Below, piece by piece: positions 1 to 13,800 of a stretch of DNA of 64,000 bases (positions are counted from its first letter, which is position 1; the number at the start of each line of letters is the position of its first letter). The notes under the pieces are model-generated. The model did no database searches. It was not told where the DNA came from and saw nothing but the letters and a program-made list of their open reading frames with translations. Origin of the DNA: Hormiphora californensis (lineage: Eukaryota > Animalia > Ctenophora); assembly GCA_020137815.1 (NCBI GenBank), contig CM035350.1:9238001-9302000 (forward strand). Direction: 5' to 3'. Position numbers and translations under genes: made by a program.

Positions 1-2347
1 CTCCTGTGGCCATATCCTCTCCTGTCATCTCATCCCTCTCTCTGGTCACTATCCCTCTCCCTTGATATTTCTTCAGCATCCTGCTACCTGAAGGTGGTGA
101 AATGTGTGAGGGAGGGCGTTGACAGAGCTCGATCGCGGACGTGTATTTATAGAGCTGCACTGCTAGAGAGGGCAAGCAGTGGGAGTTTTTAGACACAAAA
201 TATCAAAATCAGGATTGGAGTCGGAAAAAACAATAATTATAAGGGGAGGGGGGGGGGCAGACAAGTTTCAGTATACGGCTGATTATTTTATAACCTACCC
301 GTGTTGTCTGTTGGTGTGATGTTTTAGCACTCTGTTTCCCACCAGCCGGGGTAGTACTGCCCTCCCTAGTCTGACATTTGTTCATCATATCACTAGTTGG
401 GACCTCCACATTCTCACACTCAGCGTCCCGTGCTCTGTAGTGATAATACACGCTGTGGAATTGAAAATGGGTACAAGGGTTCAGCAGACAGCCCGCAAAG
501 AAATATGGGCAGTAACATGCATAGCGTTGACCACCAAAGAGGGCTATAAAACATGACTGTGACAGAAATAACACCCTGTACGAGTGTGACAGAAACGACA
601 GTTGAACTTTCCCACGGTCCCACATTGCGCGCACTCGGGCTACGTGCGACGAGTGCTGACAACTGTGATAGCGGCGCGCACCGAACAGCACCCGCCTCCC
701 ACACACAAGGGAAGAAGGCGGCACATTCAAACAACACACTTTTATTTACCTGATCAGTGCAAGTGCAACAGGCTGCACTTGAGCAATACCAAAACCAGTC
801 ACTTCTTTCAGTTGTGTAGTCCAAGAGGGAGAGAGACCGAGGCTGTGACGGGAGGAGGCAATCGCTCCAGCGGCTACCAGACTTGGGGGCAGCTGGGCGA
901 AGGCGAAATCTGAAAATCGAATCATTGATTGTGTGTGGGCGGGGGGGGGGGGTGTGTGACTTGTTGTGACATGAGGAGAGTAGGAGAGTTAGATAGAAAA
1001 AGAGGGAAGTGGGGACAATGTGATATTCTGTGAGAGAGAGATAACACACCTTGGAGCGATATGTCCAGAAAATATTTGCAGTATTTTGCAATGTACTTCA
1101 TTATTTTTGTCTCCATGTTGCTTGTCACCTGAGGAGGGCCTTTTTAGTACACTCTCACATTAAAATTAACTAGTGTACGGCATCAATTCCTGTAGTTAGT
1201 CAAGTTGACACCAACTACTGCATATTATGCGAATGTGCGGTATTTGGAAACTTGCCAGATGTCAAAATGTGGGAAAGAACCTCACATGGGGCTTCTTATA
1301 GGAGTGTATGTAATATGAAACTACAAATATAAATTTAACAGCTATATTTCCCCTGGGGCTAGACCAGATGGCTCTCTTAACGTTAAAAGCATTGTCAATT
1401 GTGTCTTCACTCAATTACTACTCTCTCTATTCCTACTCTCTCTTTATCCTTGTAACTATTCATAAATCACCCGACCCTATACTAAAATCCCTTACCTTTT
1501 CACCGTTAAGAATATCATTAGGAGAGAGGGCAGCCATCTTGTAGTATTCAATATAGTGGGCTGAGGTGGGTAGCACTAGGTTCCAACAGAAGAACTCTAA
1601 TAACAATAACTCCATCTGCCTGAATTCTTTAGTAAGGAATGCGTTCTGAACAAAATAGTTGAGAGTCTGGATCCGTGGTATCTTCATATCACTCTCCTCA
1701 AATTTTGCTGCAAAGGAGGTTCAATTGTTAGCATTGTGGAGGATCGATTGGTTACAGAGAGACGTTCTTTTGTTGTGGTTTATATTAGTAAGATTTTATG
1801 CTTTTTTATGAATTCAGATCATATCAGCTCAGATCGTGTTCAACTACCGCGGTTATACCTGCAATTAGAAGGCAGCAAAGTGCAATAAGATGAAGTTGTG
1901 CATCCTCAATACTGTACTTGTCCATAAAGTGGTCTAGACACATGATGGCAAGGTGCAGGGTCTCTGTGGTTATCTCACACCTCTCACATATCGTGGCTAC
2001 CCAGTCAACCAGATACCTAAAAATACAGTATCAACACAGAACTTACTTGATATTAACATGAAAAGGCAAATTAAAACATGATCAGCCCAAAAAAATAACA
2101 AAAACTCTGACATTAAAACATGATCATTGAAAGAGAATTACTTTCTAGTGACCTCTCTGACCTAGTGGGGTATAAATGGTCGCTCTGCGTGCTAAATCTT
2201 AAAACATGGTCATTCAATAAAAAGTACTGACCTGCGCTTGTGAAGCTGAGGAGAGGACCCCGTTATTTTGGGTAACCGTGCCTCCTTTACTCTCAGTGCA
2301 TCATGGTTATCCGGGGCTAGGGAGTCCCTGTACCAAGACAGCCACAT
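1..2347 (-). CDS. CCNJ: Cyclin J (multi-exon, 3' end beyond window)
   Basis: Phase-compatible GT-AG exons 2232-2347, 1859-2016, 1496-1707, 1050-1128, 750-909 and <1-80. They give MWLSWYRDSLAPDNHDALRVKEARLPKITGSSPQLHKRRYLVDWVATICERCEITTETLHLAIMCLDHFMDKYSIEDAQLHLIALCCLLIAAKFEE...FRQMELLLLEFFCWNLVLPTSAHYIEYY...YFLDISLQDFAFAQLPPSLVAAGAIASSR. This is a cyclin box with a cyclin-J-type N-terminus. Confidence 0.9.
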
Positions 2348-2554
2348 GTCTTGTTTTCGACACACTGGGAGGGGGAGAAGGGGGCGTTAGAGGATTACAG
2401 GAAAAGAGTATTGAGGTCCAGGGAGAGAGGGGAGGGAGAGCAAAGCTTTTTGTGCATGCACGAGCTGGTAAATAATAGAGGGACTGTACCCGGAAATTAA
2501 GGGGTTACCCCTGGAGCAAAGTTGAGCGCACATATATTTGGAAGGAGAGAAAAT

Positions 2555-2615
<61 letters not shown>

Positions 2616-5600
2616 TAGAGAGAGAGAGGAAGCAGAGAGATGTTAAGAGAGGGAGGGGTCTCTATTAATAACTTACCAGCCAGGATCGCAGCTTCTTACA
2701 TCTCCACTACATTAACTAACGGAAATGTGAGGGGGCTTATGAAACAATACATGAGCCATTGAGGTATTACAGGCGGAAACGTGCTCCCCAAAAATAATAA
2801 TTATCTACATTATATTTCCGAAGATGGAGACCAAAATAAAACTATTTTAGAGGAGTACCAAAGGTCGGAGAGGCTCGAGTATATATCTCAGACCTAAGTC
2901 AGATCAAAACAAATGATAACATTATTCAGAACATAGCCATGAGCATAATTTGGCAAAATACCCAATTACATAACTTATCAAGTTCCGGTTTGTAACCCAT
3001 TTGTTGCAATGAACCATGTTCAGTACTGGGATCGTCAATTTGCTGCATCCTACAATATTTACAGAACTGCTATTCAGTCTCTTTACCGTTGAACATCCAA
3101 ATGATGCAGCAGCACGTAATTCAGATGAATTAAAATTTCAAGGCTAAACTGAACAGTTTGAATGTAAATGTGGATGTAAATGCATTTAATATATCACACA
3201 TAATACATACATATATGACGCACCGATCCGACTGTCAAGACAGCTGGCTATGTAAATACTGCTATTTTAAGGGATCGCCAAACAGTCGGTCAACACTATC
3301 GTATCACTTCTTCCTCATTATAAGATGGCCGGAACTAACGCTCCAGTTTAAGAATTGGAACATGACGTCGGTTTCCACTGGACAGCTGGGACACTCCTGG
3401 TGAACCATGCTGCGCGCGACATTTTCGATCACGTGATCGATGTGAATTGCATTGAAAGTAGCGTGTTAGCACTCCAAAAAGAACCTGACATCGGTTTCCA
3501 CGGGAAACTAATGTCGGGTTCCAATTTTGTAACTGGTCCCTAAGGAATCAAATTACTTCAACCTGAGAGGAACTTCGTAAACTTTCAGATCTCCACCGTC
3601 CTGCGTCCACACTCCAATCTCCACCTCGGGACTCGCTTTGTCCAATCACATTTCAAATTAGATCACGAGTGCTATTTTGAGCTGTGTATGATCAAAACAC
3701 GGTGCAGACAGCACACGGTGGCCGGTGCAGACAGCAGACTTGAAAATAGTTGTAACTTTGTAACTTAGTAATAGAATTCATATATCAACATATAATGGTG
3801 TCAGTCCAATCGAACATCCCCCGCACAAACAGTCCCGCGGGACCATTCCAGAATTGAATTGTTGTTTTGACGGCTGTATCCGGAGACAGGTGGTCTATCC
3901 GGAAAACGTTTCATCCACTCCCCGAGAAGAACCTTGAAGTAAAAATAATTTTTGAAAACAAAGATCTTAAAAGTAACAGTGGTGCACCGTCACATTGGCT
4001 GTCCACCTGCATGAAGCGTGGCCCAAAGCGTTCTCCACGACGTAAGGGAAACAACAAACCAAACCGGCCACCGTGAGGGGTGTCAGAAAAAAAGTTTAAA
4101 AAAGTAAAGATTTTGTGGAGCAAATTTGTTAAGTTCAGACTTGAGATTTCAGACTTCAATTTGTCGCGCGGATTCTGAAATGTTTTGCGCGTTACAAAAG
4201 CCGCGCGCTACTTTTTGATTGGTCAAGAACGTATTTGGAGACATTCGATTGGCTGTTCAACATCACGTGACTTTCTGAGCCGCGCATTAGCTCAATCGAG
4301 TTTGATAAAATTCAAAATTTCGTCACGCAAAAACCAGGCCGGGCGCCGTTTTTTTTACGATCTGGGGTTTTTTGGGGGGCCTGTTTACGGGGGTTCCCGC
4401 CCCCCGCCAAAAAAATTTTTATTTTTCAAATTAAAATTGGGTTAACCCCCAAAACCCAACCCAAATCCGTTTTGGCTTGTTTTCCCAAAGGGGTTTTTTA
4501 AAACCCCCTTTTTGGGGGTTTTAGAGAATTTTTTTTAAAGGGGCAACCCAAAAAAACCCCCAAAACCCCAACCCCCTCCCCAAAAATTTTTTTTAACTTT
4601 TAGCCCACCCTTTTAAAAAAACCCGGGGTTGGGGGTCAAGAACTTCTCAAAACCCACCCAAAGGAATTTTAACGCTTGGGGGGGCCACCAGGGGCCCCCG
4701 GGCCCCCCCCAAAACTTTTTTGAAAAAAAAAACCGGGGGTTCGGGGGGGGTGGGCGGGGTTTTTTTGGGGAACCCAGAAAGGAATGGACCTTTGGCCCCC
4801 CAAACCCGTACTTTTTTTTGGCCGGTAAAAGGTAAATTTAAAACTTCGTTAAATTAAAAAATTTCCACAAAAGGGTTTTGGGGAAATTCCCCGGGGGTAT
4901 CTGGAAAACCCGGGGGGGTATCTTGGATTTTTTTAACCCCCGGCCCCCAAAAGTTTACCCAAGAAAACCCCCTGAGGGTTTTTCGTTTTTTGGGTTTCAG
5001 TGCAAAAAACCCTTCCCAAAATTGGCCCGGGGGGAAAAACGGGAAAAAATTGGGTGGGAAAGGTTTAAAAGGAATGGAAAAAATTGGGAGCAATGGAACC
5101 CTTTTTGGAAAAAAAGGGGGGGAAAAAAAAGGGCAAATTTTTTAAAGTTCACCGGTCGGTTGAAAAAAAAAAAAAGGTTTGGCCCCCCAAAGAATTTGAA
5201 CCCCCTTTTTAACCCCCCAGGAACCCCGTAACTTTTTAAAAAAGAAAACTTCAAAAAAAAATTTTTGGGCCCCCAAGAGGATGTATTAATTGTTTAAAGG
5301 GGAAAAAAGGCCTTTTGAAAAAACAAGGGACAAAAAGGGGCCCGAGAGGGGAAGGTGGAGAATTGGGAAAAAAAAGGGGATTTTAACCCCCAAGGGAAAT
5401 AAGGGTTTAAAACTTGGGATTAGGGGAAAAATTTTTAAAATTTTTTGGAAAAAGGGGCTGGTCCCTAAAAGGATTTCTCCCCGGAACGCAAAAGCAGGGA
5501 AAAAACAGCAAAAAAAGAGGAGGGGAAAAGGGAAAAGGGTTTCGTTTTCCCCCCCCCTTGTTGTTCCCTTATTTCATTTTTCCAGGAAGGGCCCCAAAAC

Positions 5601-8600
5601 CTGGTAAAATTTAAGGGGAAAAAAGGGGAAAAATTTACAAGCTACAGTGAAAAATTTTTTTTAACTTAAAAAAGGGGAAAGAAACTTTGGGTTACGGTTA
5701 AAAACCAAAAGGGGCCCAAAAAAAAAAGGTCAGGGCCCCCAAAAATTTTGTTTAACAAAACCCGGGTTTTTTGAAACCCCCCCAAAAGGAAAACACCAAT
5801 TAAGGGCTTCTATAAAAGGGGGGAAAAATTGAAAAAATGAGGGGTTTCTGAGGGGGAGATCCCTTCTTGTCCTTTCAATATCTAGGGTTTCCCCGGGGCC
5901 TTCTAAATGGGGAAAAAGGGGGGGGCAGGCCCTAGGCCCCACCCAAAGGCCCGGCGGAGGGGGATGAAGGGGGAATTTGGAAAAAACGGAGGAAAAAAGG
6001 GGTAGGGAACCCAAAAAAGGGGTCATTTTAAAACTTGTTGGGGGGGGTAAAAACGATGAGAATAAAAGGGAGAAAAAATTTGAAAAAGGCCAAAGAAAGG
6101 TTTTCTCCCCTTCCCCACCCCCTTTAAAACCCCGGGAACAATCAGTTTTTTCCCCCCAATGGATGCCCCAAAATTTTTTCCCCAAAGGAAGGGTCCGTTA
6201 AGGCCCGGGGGGATAAAAAAAGGAGGGGGAGGAAAAGGATAGACACCCCCACTTTTAAATCACAAGGGGTGGGGAAACTTTAAATTTTCCCTTTTCCGGC
6301 CCCGAGAGATGGAGGAGAGAGAGGAAAAAAGGGGAGAAAAAGAAAAGAGGAAAATGAAAGAAAGAAAGAGTAGAGAAAGAATGGAGGGGGGAAGAAGAAA
6401 AGAGAGAAAAAAAGGGGGGAAAGAAGGGGAAAAAATTGGGAGAGGAAAAAAAGGGGAAGGGCGAGGAAGAGGGAGAGGGAAGGAAAAAATTGGAGGGAAA
6501 ACTGAGGAAAAGAAAGATAACATTCAAAATTTTCAAGTAGTTTTTAACTAAATAATACCCAGTGTTTTTTTAATCTTTGGTAGTGTTTGCTTTCGTCCCC
6601 CATATATGGGGCATTGATGCTGGGGTGATGGGGGAATTCAGAAGTTGGGGGCCCAAAATGTAGATTCACCCCCCTTAGGGCCTTATTTTAATTTTTTCGG
6701 GAAATTTTCTAAAGGTCTTTTTAAAAAATCAAAAAAGGGAAAAAAAAGGGGGAAAAAATTTGGTGGCGTTTTTTTATGATTAAAAGGGAGAGCGGGGATA
6801 AAGATAGAGTGTGGGAGAGAGAGGGGGTTTGGGGGGGACGGGAGATAAGTAAAAGGGACCCTCAAAATTCTCTTTTCCCAAAGTGTTTAGTGGCGCAATG
6901 GCAAAAAGGCCCGTTTATTTTTTGGGGTTTGGGATGATGCGGTTCAAACCCCGGCTTAAACCCTTTTGTTTTAAAACCCAAGTTTTCTTTTTAAACCTGA
7001 GGACGAAAAAGGGCTTTTTTCTTTCCAAAATAAGGAAGGAAACGAGAGACCAGCCAAAAGGGGGAAGGGGGGAAAGGGCCCGCCCCCAAAGAAAGGGGGG
7101 AAAAAGCAAAAAAGGGTTTTAAAAAGGGGGGGGGGGGAAAAAAAGGAGGAAAAAAAAGGGGAAGGGGGGAAAGGGAAAAAAAAAAAAAAGAAAAAGAAAG
7201 GGGGAAAGGAGAGGGAGGCGAAAACGAAGAGAGAGCGACCGAGAGAGGGGAGCGGAGGGAGGAAGGACGAGAGGGGGATGGGGGGCAAGTACGCGTAGAG
7301 TTTTAGCTCGAGGGTAATAATGGCTTCCCCAATCTATCCCTTCCCCTCTCCCTTTTCTTCTCTCTCTCTTTTCTGGGCTTTTCTCCTAATTCTCTCTCTT
7401 CTGTCTCCTCCTCTTTTTCCCTCCCCTCTACCCCTCCCCCACATCTTACTTTCTTTTTCCCCCCTTCAAACAAAGCACCCCGGACTTTCTCTCTAAATTC
7501 CCCCTTTCTTCTTGATTTATGTTTTTTTTTTGTGACGTCTTGGGGACCCGGGGGAAAAGGGTTTTTTGATTTTATGACCGTGTGAATGAATTAAAAATTA
7601 AATTTAAAAGCGGGAATCTGACATTGGGTCACAACTTTGAATTCTCCAACCCAGCCCCAATGCCCATATATGGGCATTCAAAAGAAAAAAACCACTACAA
7701 GAGTTAAAAACACGGGGGTATTAATTTAAACCCACAAATTGATTAGAATTTTAATTTTCTTTCTCTCAGTCTCCACGGTTTCTACCTATCTCCTTTTCTA
7801 AATTTCTCTGTTTCTTCTCAATTCTTTTTCAAATCTTTCCCCCTTTTTCCTCTCTCTCTCTCTCGGCCACAACACGCACCACTCCCACATGGGGCCGAAG
7901 GCCCCATGGGGGAAAAGGGGTTTAAAACCCCCGAGCCCGGTTCCTTTTGGATTGGGGGGGCCCCCTCTCCCTCTCCCCCTTTCCCTCCTCTTTTCTCTCT
8001 CTTCCTTTCTTCTCTTTCACCCCAACCCTCTTTTCCATCAAATCTCTCTGCTTAAAAAAGGGGAAAAAATTAAAGTTTACAAATTTGTGTTATGTTGAAC
8101 AGAATAAAGGGGGGTTTGGGTATTTAGTCGATACTTTCCCCCATCCCCCTTTATCCAGGCCCTTGGGGAAAAAGACCCATTACCTGGTGAGGAAAGTAGG
8201 GGTTAAAACCCCCCCCGAGGGGGGGGGGATAAACTGATAGTTCTCGGGGTTGGAGAGGGAGGGAGATAGAGTGAGAAAGGGAGAAATCCTTTTCAGATGG
8301 ACTTCTAATCTTTCTCTTCATATTAAAACATACACTAGTTCTATCCACTATCAAGTTTACTGGACTTTCCGGGTTCAAAACTAACTTTCCAGTTTTCCCA
8401 CTTCTCTTCATCTCTCTGGCGGAACCTGCTGAGTGGGCCTAGTGCCGTGCTTTTTCAGCATTTAGAAGCGCGGGTAACGCGCGAGATATTGAAGTATCAT
8501 CCTGAAGTATCATCTCTCAGAGAGCCCAGAATCATTGTTTTCTGAAGTTTTCTTTTATAGAAAGCTTCATGGTGTACCTGGTGTGTTAAAACAACCCGGG

Positions 8601-9049
8601 GATCGTGTAGTATGGACAATTTTGTGGGTGGCCAATTGACGGCTTTTTTTTAAATTTCACTCGCATTTCCGTGTGAGAGCTCGTGGAACAAAGTGTGTCT
8701 GTTTTCTCTGAAATTAGAGTTCAAACAGATTTGTACACTGCTCAGCTTGTACTCACCCGTTTTTCATCTAGTTTTCACCAGTGTGCTCGGAGAACAATTG
8801 CCAATAACGAACAACAAGCGAAATGACGCAAACCCGCCAACTTTTCTCTCAGCGTGCGTGTTTGTGCTTGTTGGTCAAAACTTGCTAGTCGCGTGTGCGG
8901 CGCTGAGAGAATCCTGAAGTATCCCGCGCACCCCTTGTCAAGAGAAGGCTGGATTACTTCCCCAACCCCCAAATTTTTCCCGCGTTTTTTGTGGGTCCCG
9001 CCGTATCGGGCCCCGCAGAGGAAACTGGAAGTGGGGGGACCTTTTGGGG

Positions 9050-10832
9050 GGAGCCCCGACAAGTTTGGAGTTTTCACAGGAATGTATCCAGAAATGGCTT
9101 GAAGGAATTTAAACCCTTTTCAGATCCCCCCTGATGTTCCTTCTTTTGTTCTGAAAAAAGGCAGCAGTAGCCTGGCCCCTACCCCTTTGGATGTTGTGGA
9201 ACAGGGCATTTTAAGACGGATCTGTTTCCCCAGTTGCTTTAAAGCAACAGTTTAAAACCCCCCTTTTTCAAGAAGGGGAAATCGGAAAAACCCGTGAATT
9301 TTCGCCCCGTGTCCATAACAAGTCACCCTTTTAAAATTTTTTGGGGCCCGGGGGGAAACGGATCAAATGAATACTTGGACGAGATGGAAATTTTCAGAGT
9401 GACAAAAACAGGGGTTTTGAAAGGGGGCGCAGACCATGACCCCCACTTTTTTCAAAAAAAAAATGTTTACACAAACCTTTGAACTAGCGGTTTTCGGAAG
9501 TCGTGTATCTACTTAGATTTTAGTAAAGCATTTTATTCGGGGGGATATCAATGTTCTGCTAGCTAAAATTTAGGCGATTGGTAGGGGGGTAAAATACTTT
9601 AGTGGATCAGTGGTGGATCCTGGGCCGGAATCAGTGTGTAATGGTGGATGGAGTGAGGGACCCATGGGGGCCCAGGGGGACTTAGTGGGGTTTCCCCGGG
9701 TAGTGGGTCCGGGCCACTTTTTCCCCCATATTTTTTCTTTACCTGGGTCAGGCTAGGGCGGTAGCATGTGTCTAACTTTTTTTGACGTTTCTTTAAATTT
9801 GGTTAAAAACATTGGAAAATGAAATAGCCCCGGGCGTGCCTACAGAACGATCTTTTTTAAAAGTGGCAGAAGGGCAAAGAAGGGAAAAAATATGAAGTTA
9901 CATGGGGAAAAATTTTAGCTCTTTAGCTTAGTCTAAAAAGTTGCATCCTAGGGCAGTTTCCTTTCGCAGTGAAGGTTTTCCAAAACTTTCAAGCTCAGGG
10001 GGGCAGTTGACCCCCAACCTGATGTTCTGAAACGGGGTCCAAGGGCTTTAGAGGGGTTTATGGAAGAGGCACATTTCCTTTATTTGGCGGAAGGTTCCCT
10101 CTTTAGGGGCGGATATTCAGCGTTTTTCGGGACCGGTTTCCGGAGGTTATGGTAAAAGCTTTTCAAGGGCCTTTGGGGGCCTTTTCTTGAGTATGTTGCC
10201 TAGTCTGGAACCCCTTCCAAAGGGTGGTGATTCAAGGGGTATTGAGAATGTCCAAACGTTTGTTTTACCCCGACGTCTTTTATGGTATCGGGTCATGCTA
10301 TTTGGGTAAGACTTTAAATTGCTCAACTTATGTCCCCCTTTAGCCCTCGGAACAGCGCTAAATTGATTCATGGTGGAAGACGAATTTAGGTTTTGGAACT
10401 TAAATCTGGGCCAACCCAGTATTTTAACAGAAAGTAGATTGGGGATGGGATAGTCCCCCCCCCTTTCCCCCTTTTGAGCAAAAAAAACGAAACGAGCTAA
10501 TCAATTTTCCCCCCCGCTTTATTGGTCCCAAAAGCAGCTCATTTATGGGAAAAAAATCTACCAGCTGCGGGCCAAATTTTGTGTGAGCTTGAAAACAGTT
10601 CAAATCTTCCTTTGGGGGGTTACTTGACAGGATTTCACGATCGTCCCCCAGTCAGAGGGGGGACCCCCCCCACTCCCAAATTTACCTTTCGCCTCAAAAG
10701 TGCGTGCTGTGCTGATGATGTGAAAGGGGTAGTTTTTCAACTTAATTTTATTTAGGTGGGCCCATTAGGGAAGGGCCTTTTTGCCCAAAAAAAAACTTTA
10801 AATTGTAAAAATTTTAAACTTGTAAACTTGTA
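9050..10832 (+). mobile_element. Degenerate or error-ridden CR1-group LINE (RT region plus 3' microsatellite tail)
   Basis: RT motif remnants NFRPVSITS (~9296) and YLDFSKAF (~9509). A 3' tail of degenerate (AAACTTGT)n lies at ~10793-10832. Frames are broken by homopolymer noise and the 5' boundary is uncertain (possibly ~8410). Confidence 0.7.
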
Positions 10833-10834
10833 GA

Positions 10835-13800
10835 ATGCCACAGACTCGGCTTGGGTTCCGAACTACACGGTCTACGAGATCTACAAATCCTAAAAATGTC
10901 CTGGTCGAGACACCCGTGGTAAATGTATGTCTTTTGTCTTGTCATTACCAAGTTGTTAGTACCAACAATCAATATGAACAGTTTTGACCTGAAATGTCGG
11001 CTTCCTAACATCATATTTTCAGGAGAAGGTTAAAGTTCTCCAATCCACCGATGTGCAGTCTACAGGAGCTAAACGGAAACCGGTTAGCTCTCCCGAGTGC
11101 TCCCCGTCCGTACCTCAACCACCAAAAACCGGGCACACCCGAGCCAAAAGAGAACAAAAACGGAGTCGAACTGCTAAAAGTAATGTTAAAACACCCTCCA
11201 AAACCCTTATGGACTTTCTTGGAACTACCGAGAAATCCTCCGATGTCGTTCCCGTCCCTGAGAAGAGTGAAAAAGCAGCTGTAGTCCCAATAGAAACACC
11301 ACCTGTTGAGCCACAAAGTGAAACGAAAGAGGACCTTCCAGAAGAGAAAGAAGATATTCCTGCGCCAGTCAAAGAGACTGCTGAAAAGGGAACCCAGAAT
11401 GAACCTCCAATTAGTGCTAAGGTATTGTTAAAACTTATTCTTAACCTAAAACTATGAGAGGTAACACTCCTAGCACATTCTGGTCTTGTTAACCATATTT
11501 AACTCTCTATCAGATGATATTCAAGAAACTTGCGGTCCGTGAGAGAGAGGAACCAGCGGTACCTAAGAAATGTTATCAGACTACAGGGGGGAGAATGCTC
11601 GCTGCCGCTCTTGCCAAGAAAAAGTAGGCTCATTGATCATGCTCCTATTTCATAGAAGACTTTTTAAATGAGTTGAAAGAAACGCGATTCTGTTCTGACC
11701 TAACGACCCCCATAACGACCCCAATAACGACCCCTATAACGACCCCCATGTTGATTCACTTGTTACTAGAGTTCTTGTGTGCTTCCCTCCATTTAGTAGA
11801 AATTGGTTCATGGTTTTTGTTTTGGCTATTTTCGTCGTAGAATTTTTAATATAGCTGTGTGGGATTGGTATTTGTCTGGTTTCACTGATTGGTTTGCTGC
11901 ATCCTTCTTTGGCAAGTTGGTCAGCTATCTCGTTACCTTGGATGCCGATATGTGCTTTGACCCATTTTATTTTCACCGTATTGTTTTGTGCTAGTTGGTT
12001 GAGTTCCGCGTTGCATTCCTTAATTGTTAAGGAGTCTGAGGTCAGTTTACTTAGTGCGCTTATGCTGGCGGCTGAATCTGATCTGATGTGGATGTGGTGA
12101 TTTCGTGTCCCATTGTTGTTTAGTTCCTCTGCTGGTCTTTTAATCGCTGTTACTTCGGCTTGGAAGACTGTGCTATAATTTGGTAATCTTTTGAGTGTGC
12201 TCCTAGTCCCGTTTGGTTAGCTTCGTTTTTTGATCCATCCGTGTATACCGTTAATGCATTTTTGTCCTCCTCATCTAGTGTACCTGTTTCCCAGTCTATT
12301 GTTGTCTCATAGTCTTTCCTAAGAGTTTCTTTGGTTGTTTTGTCTAGTGGGCGTACTGGTAGCTCTAGTTCTACAGGGGGGAGAATGCTCGCTGCCGCTC
12401 TTGCCAAGAAAAAGTAGGCTCATTGATCATGCTCCTATTTCATAGAAGACTTTTTAAATGAGTTGAAAGAAACGCGATTCTGTTCTGACCTAACGACCCC
12501 CATAACGACCCCATAACGACCCCATAACGACCCCCATTACAACCCCCATAACAACCCCCATAACAACCCCCATTACTCAGGGAGAGTGGTGAACGTGCTC
12601 ACAAGAATGATATGATCAGAGCACTAGCTGCAAAGCACCAACTATCAACCGGACAAAAACCACCAGAAGCAACTCTTAGAAAACAAGTGACCAAGCCATC
12701 ACCAGCCAATAAGGGACCTGCCACCCCTCCCAAGGCACCCAAACAGAGTGCCCGGGACAGATTTGCACACCTTCTGAAACCAGCTTCTCCCAAGATTAAA
12801 CCGTTTACAGCCCTAAATATTGCCTCCCCTACTAAGTCTCCTTCCAAGTAAGTTCACTGTCACTCGAAATGTGATACTTCCTTATCTACTGTCATGTATC
12901 TAGTAGGTGTCTTTATCTCACTCACTCGAGTCTCTTATATATTTCATTCTCTAACAAGGTCAATTACCTGTTCTATTCGAGGATACCGAGGAAGGAGTAG
13001 GCGCGATCTGCCTACAACGGACCTCTATCATATATATTAGCTTTTTACTGTCACATTTATCATGCTCTTTTCTGTGTAGCCAGATGGCTAGCTCTCTGTT
13101 TTTATAGAAATGAATTTGTTAGGCCGGATGCATCATGCATGTGGCCTCTTTTATTATTTTTTCTTTCCATTCTCTAACAATACAAATACTCGTATCGCGT
13201 CTCATGACCACAAGAAGATAGTTCATACTACTGATAAGCCTCCCTAAATTTGTGTTAGCACCTAACAACCTTGGTTACAGGTTAGCACAAGGATTATCCC
13301 TACCTGAATCCTTCAAGAGGCTGCATGACAAATTTAACACGTCTGATCAAGTTGTAAATCTTCTAACGAGACGAAAAGAGACTTGCACCTTCCAGAAACT
13401 ACAGAAAAATGTCCAGGAAATATGTCGCAAGTAAGATGTTATCTAAATTTTGCCATTAGCTCATGTGATCTACTTATTTCCTCCCAAACCAGATGATTGT
13501 GTCAGATTCCTAACTATAACTTCCACACAGGCGTTACGTCGAGTCAGATCTGGCATACATCGTTGGAGTGTATGAGGCTGCATACGTACTGGCACAATGC
13601 AAGGGACTGGGTCAAATCAAGGATGATCGACTGATTAGGAACCAGTATCAGCTGACCATCGCATTCAATTATTCTGAAACTGAGGGCATCCGACAGTAAG
13701 TTTAACAGATACTTTGGTGGGTACACTTTGTATTCTTTCAGAATCTACCTTTTAGGCAGATGAATAACTCTCCTCCCATCTAGATCCAAAACTACGGACA

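Noticed and set aside
209-1091. 176-aa and 223-aa minus-strand ORFs
   Set aside because: They run through cyclin J introns and exons in non-coding frames.
4330-8250. Many G/K/F/P-rich ORFs
   Set aside because: Homopolymer-inflated low-quality consensus with no real protein signature.
2347-10835. Shared bidirectional promoter for CCNJ and CDT1
   Set aside because: The genes are divergent but 8.5 kb apart, separated by unreliable sequence and a LINE; no supportable regulatory motif.
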